A DNA stretch of 64,000 nt from a bacterium (GTDB lineage: Bacteria; Zhuqueibacterota; Zhuqueibacteria; Residuimicrobiales; Krinioviventaceae). A program made the position numbers and the translations under genes. The stretch spans positions 2,048,001 through 2,112,000 of the forward strand of contig CAXXMD010000002.1 in assembly GCA_963675755.2 (NCBI GenBank), written 5' to 3'. Position 1 is the stretch's first letter, and the number at the start of each line of letters is the position of its first letter. This document shows positions 51,754 through 61,430 of the stretch, piece by piece. The notes beneath the pieces are model-generated. The model saw only the letters and a list, made by a program, of their open reading frames with translations. It was not told the DNA's origin and did not search any database.

Positions 51754-53226
51754 TTATTTCCCCTCCGGCAACTCTACATCTTTACAATTCCGGGTCTGAA
51801 TCGGTGTTTTTGCAAGCAGACTCACATCATCCATTTTCCAGTTCACAGCATTGGTAATCTTGCCGCCATTCTGTGCTTCAATAGACACACGTTCCCAAAC
51901 CACATCCCGGATGGGTTTTTCTTCATACGCATTGGCATAAATCCCGATCCCCGCATTGGTTGCGGTTACATCCGAAATCCGGATATCATAAAACTCGGGA
52001 ATGCCCCGTTCCGGCGGATCGACTTTTGTCAGCATGGCTTTCCAGTGCGCCGGCCATTCCGATTCCGGAATATGCTCGGGACGCGGGGGATAACTGTATT
52101 CGGGAAACCAGTTCAACTCCCAATGAAACGGATTTTTCACACTGTCCATTTGGATATCATGAAACCAGACATTGCTGATCACACCGCCGCGCACCTTGGC
52201 GGATTTAAACCGGATACCGTTATTAGTCCCTCTGGCATCCAATCCGTACACTTCAATATTGTGCATCCCTCCCGAAGTCTCGCTGCCCAGGGTAATCAAA
52301 CCATGCCCCTTGCCGGTGATGCAATTGCGGACCACTATATTTTCAGCAGGACGGTTAACACGTAATCCGTCTGCGTCTCGTCCCGCTTTTAAACAGAAAT
52401 TATCATCATTACAGTCTATATCACAATCCTCAACCAATATATCTTGAGAAGAATCTATGTCAATGCCATCTGTACTGGGTCCATGCCCGCCAATGTTATT
52501 CCGAATGACAAGACCCTTTACATATACCCGCTCGCTGTAGGTCATGGTAACGGTCCAGAATCCCGACCGCTTGACCGTAAAGTCTGTCAAGCGCACATTT
52601 TTCGACTCGTACACAACAACGGGACGTACACGCTTTGCATCATAATCCACTGCCCAGCGCATGTTCTGTTGAGTATATGGTTCCAGCAGGGTAAAAAACT
52701 TGTCCCACCAGAATTTGCCGTTGCCGTCAATCATCCCCTTGCCCGTCACATGCGCATTTTCTACCTGGTAAATATTAATCAACGCCACGGGCCAGTCCAT
52801 TTCAATCCCCGCAATGCGTGTCCATTTGTCCGGAAATTCTTCATCCTTGTTTACAGCCTTTAGCACAACACCCGCATCCAGTCGCAGCTCTACATTGGAT
52901 TTGAGGAACAATGCCCCGCTCAAAACCGTACCTTCCGGCAGCGTTACAATCCCTCCGCCGGCGGCACTGGCCGCGTCAATAGCGGATTGGATCTGCTTTG
53001 TATTGATGGTCTTTCCATCCGCAACGGCACCATAATTCTCAGCGGCAAACACCGTCTGCGGTACTTGTCCAAAATTCGCATCATAAAAAATGGATTCCAG
53101 TTGCATCACCAGCTCACTCTTGCCGGATGAAACAGGCTCTCCACTCTGCGATTTACATAATAGAATAAATGGAAGAAAAACTACTAAACTCAGCCCCATC
53201 CACTTTTTCAGAGAAATAGTAACCAT
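51754..53226 (-). CDS. GH28 polygalacturonase-family glycoside hydrolase
   Basis: Intact motifs STDG, NDD, GHG and RFK; LGSETSGG. Confidence 0.92.
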   Translation of the reverse strand: MVTISLKKWMGLSLVVFLPFILLCKSQSGEPVSSGKSELVMQLESIFYDANFGQVPQTVFAAENYGAVADGKTINTKQIQSAIDAASAAGGGIVTLPEGTVLSGALFLKSNVELRLDAGVVLKAVNKDEEFPDKWTRIAGIEMDWPVALINIYQVENAHVTGKGMIDGNGKFWWDKFFTLLEPYTQQNMRWAVDYDAKRVRPVVVYESKNVRLTDFTVKRSGFWTVTMTYSERVYVKGLVIRNNIGGHGPSTDGIDIDSSQDILVEDCDIDCNDDNFCLKAGRDADGLRVNRPAENIVVRNCITGKGHGLITLGSETSGGMHNIEVYGLDARGTNNGIRFKSAKVRGGVISNVWFHDIQMDSVKNPFHWELNWFPEYSYPPRPEHIPESEWPAHWKAMLTKVDPPERGIPEFYDIRISDVTATNAGIGIYANAYEEKPIRDVVWERVSIEAQNGGKITNAVNWKMDDVSLLAKTPIQTRNCKDVELPEGK

Positions 53227-53306
53227 AATTTACTCCTTAAATTAATACTTGTAAATATATTGAATATTCTTAAACGAGTCAACAATCTCAACTTGAATAT
53301 TCACAA

Positions 53307-53478
53307 TGAGGGGATTGGGCTAAGACCGATCCCTACTCAAAACCTGTATTCTGCGTCCCACCTCCTACATAAATCACTTTTTCCCTCAACTACCTATCAC
53401 GTATTTTCTGACAACTGAGTACTGACTACTGACAACTTTAAATCTCACATTTGGCATCTTACGTTTTACGTTTCACGT
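53307..53478. repeat. Degenerate GTAG-type REP (53307-53336) plus two heptamer tracts (53408-53437, 53443-53478)
   Basis: GGGATTGGGCTAAGACCGATCCCTAC; CTGACAA CTGAGTA CTGACTA CTGACAA; TTACGTT TTACGTT TCACGT. Confidence 0.7.
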
Positions 53479-53580
53479 AAAAAAACACTTGCATCGATAT
53501 AACCAATCTATTATATTTAATCAGGGCCAAGGGGCAGATACGGAAGGATCAATTTACTACATATTCTTTGGGAGAGAACC

Positions 53581-56097
53581 ATGACCAAGCGTAACTATTT
53601 TGTACGTATTGTAGTGTTTGTTCTTTTGTATCTGCCATTCATTACCTATCCACAACACATCACAGACATCCTCGTCAACACCGAACCGGATTCCAACGCT
53701 TTCAAAGCCACATCCACCTCTCTGCATGTGCTTTCACCGGAAAAATTTATAGTTATTTGGAATGATGATCGTTGTGATCACAGAATGGCCTGGGCAAACA
53801 TCCTCAATGAAAATGCAGATATTCTTTATGATGACTTTATGGTCCCAGGGGGAGATGACATTTCAGTTTACGAGGATAGTTATACGGTTTTAGGTTCCTA
53901 CTACAACCTTACTCCCGTTATGGAAACACATGAAGGTTATTATCAACATTTCAATAACAATCAACCGATATCAGAACCTACCTCATTATATTCCGAATAT
54001 GTTGGCATGTGTGGAACAGGCTTTACAGGAGAAGGATTAGCAATGACGCGCACATCCTGGGGAAATGTCTATGTTCATAATTCGGGGGGTGCTATATATT
54101 GGGCAACACAAAATGAAATGCTGGGCACAACACAATCCAATTGGAATATCTTTTATCACCCGGATTCATTAAGCAATAATGATAGAACAACAGATGCAGA
54201 ACATTTTTCACTATTCCCATCCACAGATAATAGTTTTGCCTGGTGTGTAATCAGTCGTTCCAATTACTGGTGGTACGGGCCCAGAGAAAACCAGTTACTT
54301 TTATGCAAAATAGATCAAACCGGTTCAACAAAAAAAACAAAAATCGTTTTAAACGACACGCTTTCAACCGATTGGGGCTTTTCAAAATGGTTGCATGCTG
54401 AAACTGAAAACGACTCTTCTATTGTAATTTTCTGGGCAAAAAAAGATTCCCTTATCGAAACCCATATTGATACCAGCGGACAAGTAAAAAGTTATCAGGC
54501 GTTTCTACCTTTTCCAGAAGATAATGTGAATGATCCCGGATATCACGAATTGTCTACTTTTCATCTGAGCAATAAACAAAACGGGACCATGTTTCTTTAT
54601 ATAGGTATTATAAATCAACTTAAAAAAATAACAATTCAAAATAATCATATCACCAATATTTCTGAATCTATTACAGACTTTGAGAATTATGGTACACTCA
54701 ATTTGTCAGACCGTTTTTTTCAAAATTCAGCAGGAGACTTGTTTTTTGTAGCAATAAAAAATAATGATCCGGTTCTTTACAAATCTTCAGGAAGCACATT
54801 TCAACCTTGCAATAACCTGTCTTTTACCGGTAACGGAGCAAGTCAAAACACTCCTGGAATATTCAAAAAAACCAACAACAGCTTTGCCATTAGATATACC
54901 GAGTCCGACAAATACTATAAATCTGTTTATATGAACATGGACGGAGAAAGAGATCAACCACCATTATCCTGGCCCGTTCCCGGTAGTCTGCTCTTTAACA
55001 ATGGAGAAGAACTTTTACATTTAAATATTGAATATTTCAGCGGTCCGGATTATGTAACCCTGCACAAATTCAATGCCCTTGATGGTTCACTATTATTGGA
55101 AAAATTCTTACGACCTCATTTAAACACATTTACGTATGGCAAATTAAATGATGATCAGTTTTTTGTTTTTCAAACGCAGCAGGATTATCAAAACAAAATT
55201 TCTATTTTCAATACCAATGGTACATTAATAGACTCATTGGTTTTTGAAAAATATAAAAAAGAACATGACAATCTTACAGTATATCGTATGCCCAGTGGCA
55301 AGTTCTGGTTGAATGATAGAAACTATGCCCTTTGGGACCCGATAAATAAAACGGTCCGGTACACGCCCAAAGTAAAGAAATACAATACCCCACTCAACGA
55401 TTCTCTGTTTTTAGATTTATCAATTAAAAAAATTCAAAACGAATACACAATCAATTTAGTTTTAATTGATACAAGCAATATCGAGTTGATGTCAAATCAC
55501 ATATCATTTCAAGCGGAATACGGTTCTTATTCCTACCCCATATTGATAAATGATGCCTATTTTATACTACCCTATAGAATAAACAACCAATATATGTTCA
55601 ACATTTTCAACTTGAATTTGGAAACGGAATGCTTGCATCCCCAGGAAATATTCCCCAATGCTTCTCCTTATCTGACAAACTTTACGCGCAAACGCATCGG
55701 CAACCACATCGTCTTTGCCTGTACCGATATCCGCGATACTGAAACCGGACAAAATGTCTATGCCAGCATTTTCAACATTAACGATCTCATCACCGGCATT
55801 GACGATGCCCCCAAATCCCAGCAGGTGCCGAGCCGGTTCAGTTTGTCCGAACCCTCACCCAATCCCACCAAAGCGGGACAATCAATCACCTTTCAACTGG
55901 ATATACATAAACAATCCAAAATGGATTTTCAATTGTACAATATTCTGGGACAACGAATCCAAACTTTTAACCGGCAATTCAACGAGGGGCAACAGTCCGT
56001 CAGGTTCCAACTGCCCAATCTGGCCGCCGGTGTCTATTTTCTCAAAGCAACAGACAACCAGCAGGCCATTATCAAAAAAATCGCAGTGATACGATAA
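53581..56097 (+). CDS. Large secreted protein with a C-terminal T9SS-like sorting domain (paralog 1)
   Basis: Signal peptide; C-terminal PSPNP...LYNILGQ...LAAGVYFLK...KKIAVIR. Confidence 0.8.
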   Translation: MTKRNYFVRIVVFVLLYLPFITYPQHITDILVNTEPDSNAFKATSTSLHVLSPEKFIVIWNDDRCDHRMAWANILNENADILYDDFMVPGGDDISVYEDSYTVLGSYYNLTPVMETHEGYYQHFNNNQPISEPTSLYSEYVGMCGTGFTGEGLAMTRTSWGNVYVHNSGGAIYWATQNEMLGTTQSNWNIFYHPDSLSNNDRTTDAEHFSLFPSTDNSFAWCVISRSNYWWYGPRENQLLLCKIDQTGSTKKTKIVLNDTLSTDWGFSKWLHAETENDSSIVIFWAKKDSLIETHIDTSGQVKSYQAFLPFPEDNVNDPGYHELSTFHLSNKQNGTMFLYIGIINQLKKITIQNNHITNISESITDFENYGTLNLSDRFFQNSAGDLFFVAIKNNDPVLYKSSGSTFQPCNNLSFTGNGASQNTPGIFKKTNNSFAIRYTESDKYYKSVYMNMDGERDQPPLSWPVPGSLLFNNGEELLHLNIEYFSGPDYVTLHKFNALDGSLLLEKFLRPHLNTFTYGKLNDDQFFVFQTQQDYQNKISIFNTNGTLIDSLVFEKYKKEHDNLTVYRMPSGKFWLNDRNYALWDPINKTVRYTPKVKKYNTPLNDSLFLDLSIKKIQNEYTINLVLIDTSNIELMSNHISFQAEYGSYSYPILINDAYFILPYRINNQYMFNIFNLNLETECLHPQEIFPNASPYLTNFTRKRIGNHIVFACTDIRDTETGQNVYASIFNINDLITGIDDAPKSQQVPSRFSLSEPSPNPTKAGQSITFQLDIHKQSKMDFQLYNILGQRIQTFNRQFNEGQQSVRFQLPNLAAGVYFLKATDNQQAIIKKIAVIR

Positions 56098-56152
56098 CCA
56101 ACTCCCGTCCATGAGCGAGCGTCCCTCGGGGGGATAACTTTAAGGAAGAACA

Positions 56153-58579
56153 ATGAAAAATATTTTAAATTACTCAATACTATTACTTTTACTAGTACAT
56201 ATAAATGCATCAGCACAACACATCACAGACATCCTTGTCCACACCGAACCGGATTCTAACGATTTCAATGCCACCTCTACTTCCCTGCATGTGCTTTCAC
56301 CGGACAAATTTATGGTTATTTGGCTTGATGATCGTGGAGTTCCTGATCAGGCATGGGCAAATATCTTTGATCAAAATGGAAATGAATTGTATACACCCTT
56401 TAAAGTTCCGGGAGACACATATGTCTCGGCTGAAGATGATAAATATACCATCCTTAGTAAATATTACTCACAATCGGGATTCTTGGAAAACTATGATTTC
56501 CAACATTTTCAAAACGATACAAATATTACGAAACAAAAAGAGATTGAATCTATTTTTTATAATCCATGTGATTATTTTAATCCAATTGAAAAGTTTGAAC
56601 TTTATCGAACACAAGAAAGAAACATCTGGATCAAAAATAACTGTGGTTCTATAAATATTGCAATTCAAGATTCACATTTCTCAACTTTAATTCCTGATTT
56701 TTATCCACTATACATAGATTATTGGGATAATGAAAACAATCATGGTTACGAAGAACTCGTATCAAATTATTCGATAGCACAAAATGATGATAAAAGCCAA
56801 TCATGGATGCTAACACTTCACCCTGGAGTATTTTTAGATTTAATTGACATTGACAAACCGAGCCATTCAGATCTTATAGCAAAAAAAATATACCTGGACT
56901 CTATAGATTACGATTTTGAGCAATATTGGGCAAATGCTCAGATGATAACAGATAGCACTATCTTGTTCTTATGGGCAACAAGAGATACACTAAGAACAAT
57001 ACAACTGGATACAAGTAGTACAATTCTTGAAAAACAAAATTATTATATTGGTGACGAACAATACTATAGCGATATCTATCACATAAGCAATGAGTCAAAT
57101 AATATAAAATATTTGCTGGCAGGAAACCACTTTCGGGCAAAAATTATTAAAATTAAAGATGATCTGGTTGAATCCATATCTGATAATTATCTCGATTTGC
57201 CTCAATCGTTGAACCGCAAAAAGTTCACACAAATATTTTTAAATGAAAACGAGGAAATGTTTCTCCCAGCTGTTGATAACAATCAGGCAAAGCTATTCAA
57301 AATTAAAAATAATTCAATTTCACAGTTTAAAACGTTAAAAGCTCCTGATACCGGGGCCAACCAGGAATGCTCACATATTCGTTCTATTGACGATAATAAT
57401 TTTGCAGTCACATTTAAAGAGTCAGGTGTCTCTAAAACAGCTAAAATGTCAGTTTACGGCACCATTATTAATCAGGAAATGGATTTACCATCAGCCAATG
57501 GAATGTTTTTCAATAATGGGACAGAACTCGTAACTCTAGTCAAAAATATGGAATCTAATATTTTACAGATGAAAAAATATGATTTACAAACAAATACTAT
57601 ACTTTTAGAAAAAACACTGTTTGACTCTACTCTCACTTTTTATTTTGAAAAGCTAAATGATTCATCATTTGTTGTTTTTAATCTATTGGAAAACAGGATT
57701 CATTTTGCATTATTTAATTCTAACGGAGATATAATAGGTGAAACAAGTATCCTCAATCCATTTAACAACGGTGAACAATTTATAATAGCAAAATTACCTG
57801 ATACTAAAATCTGGTTTCATTCAAATTTTAATTATTTTTTATTTGATCCGCAATCATTTAGCGTTCAATCATTTTCGGGTTTATATGGGCAATCAAAATT
57901 TTTCCCGGTTACTGAATCCAAACTTGTCAATCACAGAAATGGTACGTTTACAATCATTGACACATCAGGAACGATTTTAAAACAACTCGAAACCTCATTC
58001 AATTATTATGGATCATTGAATGTTCTTCCTCTAAATGATGATACATTTTTGTTTAATTCTGCTTATTCAGCTAAATTTCAACTAATTACAACTGAATTAG
58101 AGTTTTACACACAAAGCACGCTAAGCTGTTTTCCGAAAAGAACTTTATATAACATGACTGATTTCACATATGAACGCATCGGCAACCACATCGTCTTTGC
58201 CTGTACCGATATCCGCGATACTGAAACCGGACAAAACGTCTATGCCAGTATTTTCAATATAAACGATCTCATCACCGGCATTGACGATGCCCCAATATCC
58301 CAGCAGGTGCCGAACCGGTTCAGCTTGTCCGAACCCTCACCCAATCCCAGCAGAGCGGGACAATCGATCTCCTTTCAACTGGATATACATAAACAATCCA
58401 AAATGGATTTTCAATTGTATAATATTCTGGGACAACGAATCCAAACTTTTAATCGGCAATTCAACGCGGGGCAACAGTCCGTCAGGTTCCAACTGCCCAA
58501 TCTGGCCGCCGGGATCTATTTTCTCAAAGCAACGGACAGCCAGCAAGCCATTATCAAAAAAATCGCAGTTGTTCGATAA
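56153..58579 (+). CDS. Large secreted protein with a C-terminal T9SS-like sorting domain (paralog 2)
   Basis: Shares the mature N-terminus QHITDILV.TEPDSN and the last ~135 aa with paralog 1. Confidence 0.8.
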   Translation: MKNILNYSILLLLLVHINASAQHITDILVHTEPDSNDFNATSTSLHVLSPDKFMVIWLDDRGVPDQAWANIFDQNGNELYTPFKVPGDTYVSAEDDKYTILSKYYSQSGFLENYDFQHFQNDTNITKQKEIESIFYNPCDYFNPIEKFELYRTQERNIWIKNNCGSINIAIQDSHFSTLIPDFYPLYIDYWDNENNHGYEELVSNYSIAQNDDKSQSWMLTLHPGVFLDLIDIDKPSHSDLIAKKIYLDSIDYDFEQYWANAQMITDSTILFLWATRDTLRTIQLDTSSTILEKQNYYIGDEQYYSDIYHISNESNNIKYLLAGNHFRAKIIKIKDDLVESISDNYLDLPQSLNRKKFTQIFLNENEEMFLPAVDNNQAKLFKIKNNSISQFKTLKAPDTGANQECSHIRSIDDNNFAVTFKESGVSKTAKMSVYGTIINQEMDLPSANGMFFNNGTELVTLVKNMESNILQMKKYDLQTNTILLEKTLFDSTLTFYFEKLNDSSFVVFNLLENRIHFALFNSNGDIIGETSILNPFNNGEQFIIAKLPDTKIWFHSNFNYFLFDPQSFSVQSFSGLYGQSKFFPVTESKLVNHRNGTFTIIDTSGTILKQLETSFNYYGSLNVLPLNDDTFLFNSAYSAKFQLITTELEFYTQSTLSCFPKRTLYNMTDFTYERIGNHIVFACTDIRDTETGQNVYASIFNINDLITGIDDAPISQQVPNRFSLSEPSPNPSRAGQSISFQLDIHKQSKMDFQLYNILGQRIQTFNRQFNAGQQSVRFQLPNLAAGIYFLKATDSQQAIIKKIAVVR

Positions 58580-58603
58580 ACACTTTTAACGAGGTATACA
58601 CGA

Positions 58604-59677
58604 TTGAAATTTGCTTTTTACATTTTAATATTGATCATAATTTTTATGGCGTGTTCATTACCTGTAGAAGAGGAATCCTCAGAATATTTCTATTATGAAT
58701 CTTTTATTTCGCTTATTTCAATAGATGGAGAAAATTTTGAAACGCTTGTAAATCATGCCGGTGGTGTGGAAGCAACAAGCGCGGATATATATTGGTTGGG
58801 TGATAAATCCCAATTTCTAGTGAACCGTGATGATCTATATATTTACGATCTTGAAGGAACGCTTGTTAAAGAAATCAGAATACCGGACTGTAATATTGAC
58901 ATTGATACTAGTCCCAATGGGGATAATATAGCTATTAGATGTGGCGGTGACGGTTCAGATTTGTACATAATTGACACAGAATCATTTAAAATGAAAAAAA
59001 TCACAAATACGCCATCAATTGTCGAACGTTACCCACGTTTCTCAAGTGATGGTAAAAAAATTGTATATGTATGCGTATTTGATAAAGAGGACCAAGAGAA
59101 GCCAGCTATCAAATTGTATGATATGGATTCAGACAGCTCGGTAACGCTGATAACGGTAAAAGAGGAGAACCTGCATTCCAATCCCTTTGTATCGCCCTGC
59201 TTTGGTAAAAATGATGAAATACTTTATTATATGAACAACTATAATAAAGAGATAAATTACTCGGGCACAACAACGCTTTACAGTTATAATTTAATTACCA
59301 GCGAAATATCCGAAATTGACAAGAATGCTATCTGGTTTACAAAAATGCAATATGCCCCGGCTGGTGACCGGTTAGTTTATCTCACGAGAGAACCATTCTG
59401 CGGAATCAAAGTATTTGATGCAAACACACAAAGCTTTTATAATTTGGGAGATAAAATCCATGAAGAATGTAGGGCCATTGGCCCCAATCAGATACTGAAT
59501 ATAAATTCTCAAGGTACGCATGTTATCGCAGGAACTGATTATTGTAGCAGCACCCATATATATGCAATAGATATTGAAAAAGCAGAATACAAAGAAATTG
59601 CTTTGGGTACATCACCCGCATTGAACAATGATGACAAGACAATTTTATTTGTAAAAACATTTAAAAACAAATACTAG
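58604..59677 (+). CDS. TolB-like (PD40) beta-propeller lipoprotein
   Basis: Lipobox FMAC; SPNGDNIA and PRFSSDGKKIVY motifs. Confidence 0.75.
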   Translation: MKFAFYILILIIIFMACSLPVEEESSEYFYYESFISLISIDGENFETLVNHAGGVEATSADIYWLGDKSQFLVNRDDLYIYDLEGTLVKEIRIPDCNIDIDTSPNGDNIAIRCGGDGSDLYIIDTESFKMKKITNTPSIVERYPRFSSDGKKIVYVCVFDKEDQEKPAIKLYDMDSDSSVTLITVKEENLHSNPFVSPCFGKNDEILYYMNNYNKEINYSGTTTLYSYNLITSEISEIDKNAIWFTKMQYAPAGDRLVYLTREPFCGIKVFDANTQSFYNLGDKIHEECRAIGPNQILNINSQGTHVIAGTDYCSSTHIYAIDIEKAEYKEIALGTSPALNNDDKTILFVKTFKNKY

Positions 59678-59699
59678 AGTTCATTTCCTCAATACAATT

Positions 59700-59930
59700 T
59701 GATCGCACGGCAATCCGACAACTTACGGATACCGTGTGGAATATATCATCGGGATATTTGTCCCGGATTACTGCATCCATCCGTGGTTTGATCGTGATGC
59801 AGATTCCTGCATCGCGGAATATTTATTTGGGACATTCATCCCGCTTGCCAGCATCCATCCGTGGCTAAAAGCTGATGGCTTATAGCTGACAGCTAACAGC
59901 TTTTCTTCTGATAACTGACAACTGATTACT
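59700..59930. repeat. Composite repeat block: family B x2 (59700-59765, 59789-59843), ATCCGTGG boxes, heptamer tracts (59870-59930)
   Basis: Same module order as 51618-51752. Confidence 0.88.
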
Positions 59931-59945
59931 TTTTACCATCTCCCG

Positions 59946-60713
59946 CTAATCCCTCTTTCCCTGCATCAACCGGGTATATACGCCATGTGGTAACAATTTT
60001 ATAAATTTACCAAACATTGACATACGATACGGAAAGTGGATCTCCAGCTTGCCCTTTTCAAGCCCCCTGATAATCCTCGCAGCCGCCTTGTCTGTCTCCA
60101 TCAAAAATGGCATTTGAAACGTATTCCGGTCCGTGATCTCGGATTTTACAAATCCCGGTGAAATAATCACACAATTCACTCCTGTCTTCCAGAGATCAAT
60201 ACGCAAACTCTCCATCAAATTATACAACGCCGCCTTGCTGGAACAATATGGCGCTGATTCCGGCATCCCACGGTACGCCGCCAAACTCGCAACAGCTGCA
60301 ATGGTACCGCGTTTACGTTCAATCATCCCCGGCAACAGATATTTCAGAAAATACAACGTATGAAAATAATTGACCTTGAATTCATGATGAAAATGGTCCA
60401 GGTTGATATCGTTCACATTAAATCCAAAACTCATTCCAGCGTTCATTAAAAGCAGATCAATCTCGGTTCCCTCTTCCAATAAAGATTCACACACATTCTG
60501 TACTGCTTTTTCATCGCTGACATCACAAGGAAAAAACAAATGCTGATCCAGATTTGGCAAAGACTTTACCAGCTCCAGCAGCCGATCTTCCCGACGTGCT
60601 ACCAGAATTAAGCGATTCCCTTTTTGCGCCAACTGTACTGCCAGTTCCCTGCCAATCCCAGATGACGCTCCCGTGATCAGTATCGTCTTGTTCGATATAG
60701 TTTCGTTACTCAA
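59946..60713 (-). CDS. Short-chain dehydrogenase/reductase
   Basis: ITGASSGIG, NAG, YCSSK and SPGFV motifs. Confidence 0.93.
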   Translation of the reverse strand: MSNETISNKTILITGASSGIGRELAVQLAQKGNRLILVARREDRLLELVKSLPNLDQHLFFPCDVSDEKAVQNVCESLLEEGTEIDLLLMNAGMSFGFNVNDINLDHFHHEFKVNYFHTLYFLKYLLPGMIERKRGTIAAVASLAAYRGMPESAPYCSSKAALYNLMESLRIDLWKTGVNCVIISPGFVKSEITDRNTFQMPFLMETDKAAARIIRGLEKGKLEIHFPYRMSMFGKFIKLLPHGVYTRLMQGKRD

Positions 60714-61395
60714 TTTTATATTCCTTTAATTTTAATGCTTCGTAAACAAAAGAGTTTGATCCCTGTCCCCATTCAAGAAATGAAATCCCAAATTCTTTAA
60801 CAAATTCAACATTGGTCACTTCATAGTACGGATAATAGTCAGTCCCTCTGATATAAAGTGTATCTGTTGTTATTTGGCTAAAATGTTCTAATACGTAATT
60901 ATTGATTGAAAGGTTCCAACTGGTTTCATATTGGATCTCATAAATCACTGTATCATATTTTACTATTTGAAACTGTTTTGAATCAGAATAATTAAAATTC
61001 GTATCCGGTTCAATGGATGGATTATCAAAAAAGTAATGAATGGATATTCCGGCAACCTGTGTATCAACAGTATAATATTCCAGGGTATCAATCAATGCAG
61101 AGTCAATAACAGTCCAACCCATTTCACCGTAAATATCCCATGATTCACCGGAAACACCACTTTTAATTTCTTTATAATAATCATAGGTCCACACATTACC
61201 GGTTTTTATGGGCAGATATGCAATATTCAATCCCTTAATAGGCTCCGGTGCAGGTTCTTCCGGAACAGACACCGTATCAACATCGGTAACTGGTTCAGGT
61301 TCTGATACATTTGATAATGGAATTTTTTCACGTTCGCAAAACATAAAAAGGAGTGAGATGTAAGCAAAAAATAATAGTAATATGATCTTTTTCAT
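60706..61395 (-). CDS. Hypothetical lipoprotein with a Pro/Glu-rich linker
   Basis: Signal peptide ending in FMFC; YLPIKTGNVWTY; overlaps the SDR start. Confidence 0.6.
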   Translation of the reverse strand: MKKIILLLFFAYISLLFMFCEREKIPLSNVSEPEPVTDVDTVSVPEEPAPEPIKGLNIAYLPIKTGNVWTYDYYKEIKSGVSGESWDIYGEMGWTVIDSALIDTLEYYTVDTQVAGISIHYFFDNPSIEPDTNFNYSDSKQFQIVKYDTVIYEIQYETSWNLSINNYVLEHFSQITTDTLYIRGTDYYPYYEVTNVEFVKEFGISFLEWGQGSNSFVYEALKLKEYKIE

Positions 61396-61430
61396 GTTCC
61401 CCCCTGGTGCAAGTATGGTACTATAATATA

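Noticed and set aside
55691-58579. Near-identical 3' segments as a possible DGR template/variable repeat pair
   Set aside because: Mismatches involve all bases and many are synonymous rather than adenine-specific. Both copies are coding and there is no reverse transcriptase in the window.
28756-59930. Repeat families as a CRISPR array or integron attC sites
   Set aside because: Copies are dispersed, with no regular repeat-spacer period and no cas genes. No consistent RYYYAAC...GTTRRRY ends and no integrase were found.
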